DNA of 25,887 nt, from positions 1-25,887 of the forward strand of contig JBDKFG010000072.1 in assembly GCA_039798785.1 (NCBI GenBank), in the 5' to 3' direction. The stretch comes from Verrucomicrobiota bacterium. GTDB lineage: Bacteria; Verrucomicrobiota; Lentisphaeria; Lentisphaerales; Lentisphaeraceae. A program made the position numbers and the translations under genes. Of the stretch, positions 23,001-25,887 are shown piece after piece. Below the pieces are notes generated by a model, which made no database searches, was not told the origin of the DNA, and saw only the letters and a program-made list of their open reading frames with translations. Every line of letters begins with the position of its first letter. Position 1 is the first letter of the stretch.

Positions 23001-25887
23001 GCTCGGTCGGCGAATCCGGCACTATGACCGTCACCGCCCAGCTCTCCGCCGCCTCCGGCCAAGCGGTCACTGTGCCCTTCACTCTCTCCGGCACCGCCAC
23101 CTCGGGCACGGACTACGCAATCACGGCGTCGCCGATCACCATCCCCGCCGGATCGACTACCGGCAGCGCCACCATCACCGTCACCGCCGACAGCCTCGAC
23201 GAAGCCGACGAGACGGCCGTCCTTACAATGGGCACCCCCGTCAACGCCAGCAAGGGCGCCACCACCGTCCACACCGCCACCATCACCGATGACGACTTCA
23301 CCCTGACCTTCGCCGCGGGCGCCAACGGCTCGATCACCGGGACCGCCACCCAGGTCGTCACTCTCGGCGGCTCCTCCACCTCCGTCACCGCCACCCCGGC
23401 CACCGGCTACCACTTCGTTAGCTGGTCCGACGGCTCCACCGCCAACCCGCGCACCCTCACCAATGTCAGCGCCAACGCCTCCCTCACCGCTTCCTTCGCC
23501 ATCGACACCTTCACCGTGAGCTTCGCCGCCGGCGCCAACGGCTCGATCACCGGCTCCGCCTCGCAGACGGTGAACTACGGCGGCTCGAGCACCGCGGTCA
23601 CCGCAACGCCCGCCACCGGCTACCACTTCACCCAGTGGTCCGACGGCTCCACCAGCGCCTCGCGTACCCTGACCAATGTCACCGCCAACGCCTCCCTCAC
23701 CGCCTCCTTTGCCATCGACACCTTCGCGGTCAACTTCGCCGCCGGCGCCAACGGCTCCATCAGCGGCACCGCCTCGCAGACCGTGAACTACGGCGGCAGC
23801 ACCACTGCGGTCACCGCGACTCCTGCCACCGGCTACCACTTCACCCAGTGGTCCGACGGCTCCACCAGCGCCTCGCGTACCCTGACCAATGTCACCTCCA
23901 ACGCCTCTCTGACCGCCTCGTTCGCCATCGATACCTTCACCGTGAGCTTCGCCGCCGGCGCCAACGGCTCCATCACCGGCACCGCCTCGCAGACCGTGAA
24001 CTACGGCGGCAGCACCACTGCGGTCACCGCGACTCCTGCCACCGGCTACCACTTCACTCAGTGGTCCGACGGCTCCACCAGCGCCTCGCGCACCTTGACC
24101 AACGTCACCTCCAACGCCTCTCTGACCGCCTCCTTCGCCATCGATACCTTCACCGTGAGCTTCGCCGCCGGCGCCAACGGCTCCATCACCGGCACCGCCT
24201 CGCAGACCGTCAACTACGGCGGCAGCACCACTGCAGTCACCGCGACTCCCGCCACCGGCTACCACTTCACACAGTGGTCCGACGGCTCCACCGCCAACCC
24301 GCGCACCCTCACCAATGTCAACGCCAACGCCGCCCTCACCGCCTCCTTCGCCATCGACACCTTCACCGTGAACTTCACTGCCGGCGCCAACGGCTCCATC
24401 ACCGGCTCCGCCTCGCAGACTGTCAACTACGGCGGCAGCACCACTGCGGTCACCGCGACTCCCGCCCTCCACTACCACTTCGTCTCCTGGTCCGACGGCT
24501 CCACCAGCGCTTCCCGCACTCTGACTAACGTCACTTCCAACACCTCCCTCAGCGCCTCCTTCGCCATCGACACCTTCACCGTCAGCTTCAGCGCCGGCAC
24601 CAACGGCTCCATCACCGGCTCCGCGTCCCAGACGGTAAACTACGGCAGCTCGAGCACCGCGGTCACCGCCACTCCCGCCACCGGCTACCACTTCACCCAG
24701 TGGTCCGACGGCTCCACCGCCAACCCCAGAACCCTCACCAACGTCAGCGCCAACACCAGCCTGAGCGCCTCCTTCGCCATCGACACCTACACCGTGAGCT
24801 TCGTCGCCGGCGCCAACGGCTCCCTCTCCGGCACCACCACCCAGAACGTCACCTATGGCGGCAGCACCTCTGCGGTCACCGCAACTCCAGCATCCGGCTA
24901 CAGCTTCGCCAACTGGAGCGACGGCTCCACCGCCAACCCCAGAACCCTCACCAACGTCAGCGCCTCCCAAACCCTGACCGCCAACTTCACTGCCCTGCCG
25001 ACCTACACCGTCAGCTTCAGCGCCGGCGCCAACGGCTCCATCACCGGCTCCGCCTCCCAGAACGTCATCTCCGGCGGAAACACCGTCGCCGTCACCGCCA
25101 CCCCCGCCACCGGCTACCACTTCACCCAGTGGTCCGACGGCTCCACCGCCAACCCCAGGACCCTCACTAACGTCACCGCCAACGCCTCCTACAGCGCCAG
25201 TTTCGCCATCAACAGCTACACCGTCAGCTTCAGCGCCGGCGCCAACGGCTCCATCACTGGCAACGCCACCCAGACCGTCAACTACGGCGGCAGCACCACT
25301 GCGGTCACCGCGACTCCCGCCACCGGCTACCACTTCGTCAGTTGGTCCGACGGCTCCACCAGCGCTTCCCGCACCCTGACTAACGTCACCGCCAACACCT
25401 CCCTCAGCGCCTCCTTCGCCATCGACACCTTCGCCGTCAGCTTCAGCGCCGGCGCCAACGGCTCCATCACCGGCTCCGCGTCCCAGACCGTCAGCTACGG
25501 CGGCAGCACCACTGCGGTCACCGCGACCCCCGCCACCGGCTACCACTTCGTCAGCTGGTCCGACGGCTCCACCGCCAACCCCAGAACCCTGAGCAACGTC
25601 ATCGCCAACACCTCGCTCAGCGCCAGCTTCGCCATCGACACCTTCACCGTCAACTTCGCCGCCGGCGGCAACGGCTCCTTGTCCGGCAGCAGCTCCCACG
25701 TCGTCAACTACGGCGGCTCCACCTCTGCGGTCACCGCCGTCCCCGCCACCGGCTACCACTTCGTCAGCTGGTCCGACGGCTCGACCAGCGCTAGCCGCAC
25801 GCTGACCAACGTCACCGCCGACAGCACCTTGACGGCCTCCTTCGCCATCGACACCTTCAGCGTCAAGTTCCTCGCCGGCGCCAACGG
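11057..25887 (+). CDS. Giant secreted multidomain protein (>=4943 aa, 3' truncated by the window): PDZ-like x2, DUF6288-like, PKD, PA14 x2, Ig, cadherin-like x2, LamG x4, FN3-like, Calx-beta x14, InlB-B-like x>=12
   Basis: GAGG RBS and ATG at 11057, 8 nt after the upstream stop. Sec signal MKSLLQSIVFGLAWALALTAYS|Q. I read the frame to the window end and met no stop. Strong C bias at third codon positions. Absent from the ORF track, consistent with having no stop in the window. Confidence 0.93.
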   Translation, partial: MKSLLQSIVFGLAWALALTAYSQSYNADFGELGASGTGAVGSSQLTITAVNFESKAEAGGLAVGDKVTGAFGLPFRSSTNVADPEAQADFETALIQAKEGQGRLTLNILRGATAMTLKFSVDPIVDRYDCVLGPVGGVGVCHYGKTFLQIVSVQAGGPADVAGIKAGDLICGAFGQSFSKAGSAHSILGPRREFGLAIERAEANGGTLPLMVLKSGTGLGTVNVSLAAAGAFRPGYVRAGSPKYDALYETCCLNIHNKIMGGGVDVFQHSWAGIALLGHPNWNDTTGAKPYRLSINKIKDAVVTHINNRAYAPEESNLPDGNPNPNATDEGLGNWSNGSAAMFIAEYYAKTNDAAVLPVVQRAAELMANRIQWWKQPRSSPGATFQPEEAGMVGHGCVSGDYIHLGYGRGINIVGVHIAGGLSLCKAAGADTSIRPTDGHGVNAVHQWNDATKSLDLNTPWNGVNYSLAQKHDMIWNWFSEKTCNLDGPSSRGDGSVGYIYPEGGDESYGRTAGALFSRLVWMGNSPLDATTQDRTDRMKAYLARCYDWTQSCHAYQHGGQCFGALAFGFLTDRQQAYVLSNRAFFYNLARQPDGSVAYVNGRAISDPYLDNQLNAWVYCALIGSCARGGLPNIPAFQTSRLQADFKAPASLSWPRIEARKLSLTALTTTFTTDITDGLGAVLAPGSYTAAWTKLSGPGTVTFSAASAASTNATFSQDGEYQIQLVATKSGYTLTEPIDVVVRSVAPPSDIALGTVLFKRYDNITGTAVANLLTAPTYPATPSLTGTLSEISYSNDSDNYGVVISGYIVPTATAAYTFYCAGDDGSELWLNPAGRTESGASRICYNTGNSGYKNWTATPSQTSSAITLQGGQAYYFAYYAKEGTGGQAADVAWSTSYAPTPTAIPADNFGTLKDNLQLRITQQPLNTSTTLGSNCSLSVAAAGAGPLIYQWLRNGVVFTEASYSPALVFSNVSGAVAGSYQCQVTNFTGSVLSSPAVITIADAGSTVSGGLWRESYLSIYGSKISDLTGNDRFPFQSDSSGPISSAQATVNYGDDYGQRWSGWLKPTASGDYRFLVTCDDAAEVWLSTDDSPDHKVRILGTGYTGGNLTWSDAALSQYLPLVAGRRYYLEVLHKENGGGDHCALNWQKYGDAFPANGSAPIAGSLLEYRVGGYGYDPVGSAPDALDDILAAPSSAAISLLPLVNDVDLEPSSLVITSVSRPALGAVAISGDAKSLVYTPASGIATGTFDSFTYTVRNSLGLSDTATVNVEYTNPDLGLKGYWPFNEGSGSTAFDLSGSTRHGTLSGSPAWSASGKMNGMITLDGVDDQVNVGELKDILGKTATLAFWIKTSQLGKGPWDSFAPALFGYDARWWENDIKWGVIDDKGCIGIYGDDSVGGVTSAAPVNDNTWHHVALTRDLTTGIIQVFVDGVFSAATQGGTAAVTYSFSSLGHINSNDGNPAGSWLQASLDDLRMYDRVLSAAEISGLAAYIPPSQSLPLLSTAAITLDGSSVSSGGTILYDGSGSITAKGVCWSTSPNTTIADAKTSNGTGSGAFSSTLSGLSPGMTYYVRAYATNAGGTGYGSQVSFAANPPDAIDDSLGCTSAAITLSPMSNDVDANPSLLRISAVGRPGFGSVSISGDAKSIVYTPGSGVAAGTLDSFSYAVTNAFGFSDTATITVQYSDPALGLKGYWPLDEGAGTAAYDTSGSNRHGTTSGGPVWSASGKKNGMITLDGVDDQIDVGELNTVLGKTASLAFWIKTTQTGVSPDANNAPALCGRDRVWWQNDIKWGVINAQGRIGIYGGTYGSVGVGSVASATPVNDGVWHHVVLTRDISTGQIQVYLDGALSASATGYPTAINYSFTTFGKVISDDGNPAGAFLAASLDDLRIYDRVLAASEIGALCAYSPPLASTSPIITLNPASGKLVDSSVSTTLTATVTPFGRTINKVEFFDGATKLGEALAAPYTYAWSGGSAGSHSLTAKATYDTSLSVTSAISTVSVVNNAGLLAWWKMDEGAGSSVFDSSGRGNHANMATASWNGSGKVASALTFNGTSDYLSVPETDLAPLSDKVTISFWAYGGSTLPVNTSVLEAKDLAGNRVFNIHLPSSNGTIYWDAGNSGTSSYDRISKAGNAADFKGRWTHWAFVKDAAAGTMSIYMDGALWSSGTAKTKTLSPITSLRIGSLVNNSYFYDGSLDDLRIYARALTGTEIADIRNLADPVVANLAASAQAAGGETGSFIVSAQLNHAAASTVTIPLTFSGSAVKDSDYTSSAPSISIPAGSLSGSVTLTVTNDIANEPEETAIVTLGTPTGASLGNIKSHTLTIPANDIPALSFSVASQSVVEGGAKTVTLNLSNASYKAITVPLWTGGSASLGSDFTLSTNSFLIPAGQTSLSFTVNASSDALVEGGESLVLNFLTSADYTAGATPSQTLTISDAVPLVTISRSAATLAEAAGTSTLTATLNTPSTSAVTVNLAYSGIAIKGTDYAAATSITIPAGSLSASTTVTATQDALDESDETIVADISSVTNAAESGVQQVAMSITDDDATPTVALSKSAASISEAAATSTLSATLSAVSGQAVTVNLGYSGTAITGTDYTAAASIVIPAGSLSASTVVTAVQDTLYEGAETLVVDVYSVIGATENGVQQQSISITDDDAAPAVNFSVASQQGNEGSSVTVTATLANPSANPLSIPFACSGTATFNQDYSASATSFFFLPGQTSASITLSLATDLVYEGDETAIATLLAGSGYSLGATKVHTVTVKDAEAMPSVTFEAASSTAGETSGLVKVSARLSALSTKDVVIPLTWNGTATEGLDYEILSSSITIPAGQYTGTVSVLLLDDLLNEGTETLVLTMGTPTGASKGATTVHTLSITESLQSPLLWWKLDESSGTSAADSSGSNLTGTLSGGITLAQSAVNATGFKFNGSTGTIVSGTPASPISSNTITLCGWINPDASLAAPTTLNKWLPVISATTATGTACIELTAARELRYEWNGGNYNWNPGLVVPAGQWSFVAVVISPDRATMYLHDGSSLKTAVNVTSHPVANFNGAFRAGKYPTTNYYFQGSLDDLKVYSRELSLNDIQGLVDLGTPQLRLSTRTLSVTETGSATFQVKLSKQPAANVTVTTSRTSGDTNLSVSGGSSLTFTSANWDTYQTVTVAAAADADLLDGSATLSCSATGYATLNLTATESDVGVNGYPVANFSASSQASAGESGTMTVTATLNSAAPRDVTVPFTVSGSATSGTDYTLTASPITIPAGSTSATTTLTVTADTANEGNETVILTMGTPTGATKGATSVHTATITDDDVPPTVNFASASQASVNESGTLTVTAQLSAPSAQAITVPFTLSGSATSGTDYSITASPITIPAGSTSGSATITITQDAVVELNENVILTMGTPVNATKGTTTVHTATITNDDGIPTVSFTAASQASVGESGTLTVTAQLSATSSQAVTVPFTVSGTASSGSDYSISASPITIPAGSTTASATITISADTLDEVNETVILTMGAPSNATPGATSVHTATVTDDDAAPSVNFSAASQASAGESGTLTVTAQLSAVSSQAVTVPFTVSGTATSGADYSISASPITIPAGSTSATATITVTSDTLDEANETVVLTMGAPVNASAGVTKVHTATITDDDASPTVSFTAATQSSVGESGTLTVTAQLSAASGQAVTVPFTVSGTASSGSDYSISASPITIPAGSTSATAAITVTSDTLDEANETVVLTMGTLVNATAGATSVHTATVTDDDATPSVAFTAASQSSVGESGTLTVTAQLSAASGQAVTVPFTLSGSASSGSDYSISASPITIPAGSTSATATITVTADSLDEANETVVLTMGSPTNATAGATTVHTATITDDDATPTVAFTAASQSSVGESGTLTVTAQLSAASGQAVTVPFTVSGTATQGSDYSLSASSITIPAGTTTGSATITVTADTLDEVNETVILTMGSPTNATAGATTVHTATITDDDAAPTVAFTAASQSSVGESGTMTVTAQLSAASGQAVTVPFTLSGTATSGTDYAITASPITIPAGSTTGSATITVTADSLDEADETAVLTMGTPVNASKGATTVHTATITDDDFTLTFAAGANGSITGTATQVVTLGGSSTSVTATPATGYHFVSWSDGSTANPRTLTNVSANASLTASFAIDTFTVSFAAGANGSITGSASQTVNYGGSSTAVTATPATGYHFTQWSDGSTSASRTLTNVTANASLTASFAIDTFAVNFAAGANGSISGTASQTVNYGGSTTAVTATPATGYHFTQWSDGSTSASRTLTNVTSNASLTASFAIDTFTVSFAAGANGSITGTASQTVNYGGSTTAVTATPATGYHFTQWSDGSTSASRTLTNVTSNASLTASFAIDTFTVSFAAGANGSITGTASQTVNYGGSTTAVTATPATGYHFTQWSDGSTANPRTLTNVNANAALTASFAIDTFTVNFTAGANGSITGSASQTVNYGGSTTAVTATPALHYHFVSWSDGSTSASRTLTNVTSNTSLSASFAIDTFTVSFSAGTNGSITGSASQTVNYGSSSTAVTATPATGYHFTQWSDGSTANPRTLTNVSANTSLSASFAIDTYTVSFVAGANGSLSGTTTQNVTYGGSTSAVTATPASGYSFANWSDGSTANPRTLTNVSASQTLTANFTALPTYTVSFSAGANGSITGSASQNVISGGNTVAVTATPATGYHFTQWSDGSTANPRTLTNVTANASYSASFAINSYTVSFSAGANGSITGNATQTVNYGGSTTAVTATPATGYHFVSWSDGSTSASRTLTNVTANTSLSASFAIDTFAVSFSAGANGSITGSASQTVSYGGSTTAVTATPATGYHFVSWSDGSTANPRTLSNVIANTSLSASFAIDTFTVNFAAGGNGSLSGSSSHVVNYGGSTSAVTAVPATGYHFVSWSDGSTSASRTLTNVTADSTLTASFAIDTFSVKFLAGAN
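11123..11735 (+). other. Two tandem PDZ-like domains of the giant protein
   Basis: LTITAVNFESKAEAGGLAVGDKVTGAFG and LQIVSVQAGGPADVAGIKAGDLICGAFG match the PDZ pattern V..GSPA..AGL..GD.I. Boundaries are approximate. Confidence 0.75.
11780..12960 (+). other. DUF6288-like alpha-helical, probably (alpha/alpha)-toroid, putative catalytic domain
   Basis: Motifs GIALLG, LGNW, FIAEYYAKTNDAAVLP, GMVGHG, GYGRGIN, DGSVGY, GRTAG and LARQPDGS directly after a PDZ-like domain. Family recalled from memory; boundaries are approximate. Confidence 0.65.
13316..14560 (+). other. PA14 - Ig (I-set-like) - PA14 block
   Basis: NYGVVISGYI..YTFYCAGDDGSELWL..KEGTGG and DYGQRWSGWL..YRFLVTCDDAAEVWLS..HKENGGGDH, both with the PA14 DD motif. 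Between them ITQQP..YQWLRNG..GSYQCQVTN. Confidence 0.85.
14594..16765 (+). repeat. Duplicated cadherin-like(Big_9)+LamG module (about 14594-15525 and 15827-16765) separated by an FN3-like domain
   Basis: Both copies read PDA.DD..NDVD..SGDAKS.VYTP..DSF.Y.V..GLKGYWP..EG..NGMITLDGVDDQ..AFWIKT..WW.NDIKWGVI..WHHV..SLDDLR.YDRVL. The spacer has GVCWST..LSGLSPGMTYYVRAYATN. Confidence 0.9.
16790..17695 (+). other. Bacterial Ig-like domain plus third LamG domain
   Basis: INKVEFFDGATKLGEALAAPYTYAW..GSHSLTAKA, then GLLAWWKMDEG..TISFW..WTHWAFVKD..GSLDDLRIYARAL. Confidence 0.85.
17705..19675 (+). repeat. Six divergent Calx-beta domains
   Basis: About 110-aa units with E.G...V, GSA..G.DY, IPAG, D...E..ET and ITDDD. 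Starts near 17705, 18038, 18362, 18692, 19022 and 19352. Confidence 0.85.
19685..20620 (+). other. Fourth LamG domain plus an Ig/Calx-like domain
   Basis: PLLWWKLDESSG..ITLCGWINP..QWSFVAVV..GSLDDLKVYSREL, then KLSKQPAANVTV..LTFTSANWDTYQTVTVAA. Confidence 0.8.
20639..23296 (+). repeat. Eight highly similar Calx-beta repeats with an exact 333-bp period
   Basis: Units start at 20639, 20972, 21305, 21638, 21971, 22304, 22637 and 22970 (PTVxF..ASQ..GESGTLTVTAQLS..VTVPFT.SG.A..G.DY..SPITIPAG..DE.NETV.LTMG..VHTATITDDD). Confidence 0.95.
23297..25887 (+). repeat. At least 12 InlB B-repeat-like (Flg_new-type) units of 71 aa, 213-bp period
   Basis: FTVSFAAGANGSITG.ASQTVNYGGSTTAVTATPATGYHF..WSDGST...RTLTNV..N.SL.ASFAIDT. 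Starts at 23297, 23510, 23723, 23936, 24149, 24362, 24575, 24788, 25004, 25217, 25430, 25643 and a partial unit at 25856. Confidence 0.93.

Noticed and set aside
11079..25759. Dozens of track ORFs in this span, including 952, 549, 530 and 502 aa minus-strand ORFs and Pro/Ser- or Arg-rich plus-strand ORFs
   Set aside because: Antisense or off-frame shadows of the single giant gene, caused by its NNC codon bias and repeats.
23297..25887. Recurrent N-x-S/T sequons in the B-repeats as evidence of N-glycosylation
   Set aside because: Expected from the Asn/Ser/Thr-rich composition, and no glycosylation genes are present in the window.

Overview
GC-rich bacterial chromosomal window, probably PVC superphylum (Lentisphaerota/Verrucomicrobiota-like; inferred from the gene families, not from a marker search). 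The first ~9.6 kb holds mostly housekeeping genes. On the minus strand are a divergent ftsZ, an M28 glutaminyl-cyclase-like lipoprotein and a PIG-L/LmbE deacetylase. On the plus strand are a TPR-like membrane protein, mutL and a Ser/Thr kinase, followed on the minus strand by a single-domain receiver protein and mnmA. After a structured, then AT-rich, spacer comes a two-gene unit: a secreted YdjY-like protein and a giant (>=4943 aa) secreted protein. The ORF track misses the giant gene because it has no stop codon in the window (11057..>25887). Its architecture is signal peptide, 2 PDZ-like, DUF6288-like alpha-helical domain, PKD, PA14, Ig, PA14, cadherin-like/LamG twice (FN3-like between), Ig, LamG, 6 Calx-beta, LamG, Ig-like, 8 Calx-beta and >=12 InlB-B-like repeats. 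This unit is the best candidate for an undescribed system. Also notable: FtsZ and MutL with degenerate catalytic motifs, a VNTR in the mutL linker, and several palindromic intergenic elements. Domain names come from motif recognition by eye; no database search was run. No tRNA, rRNA, CRISPR array or transposase was seen.
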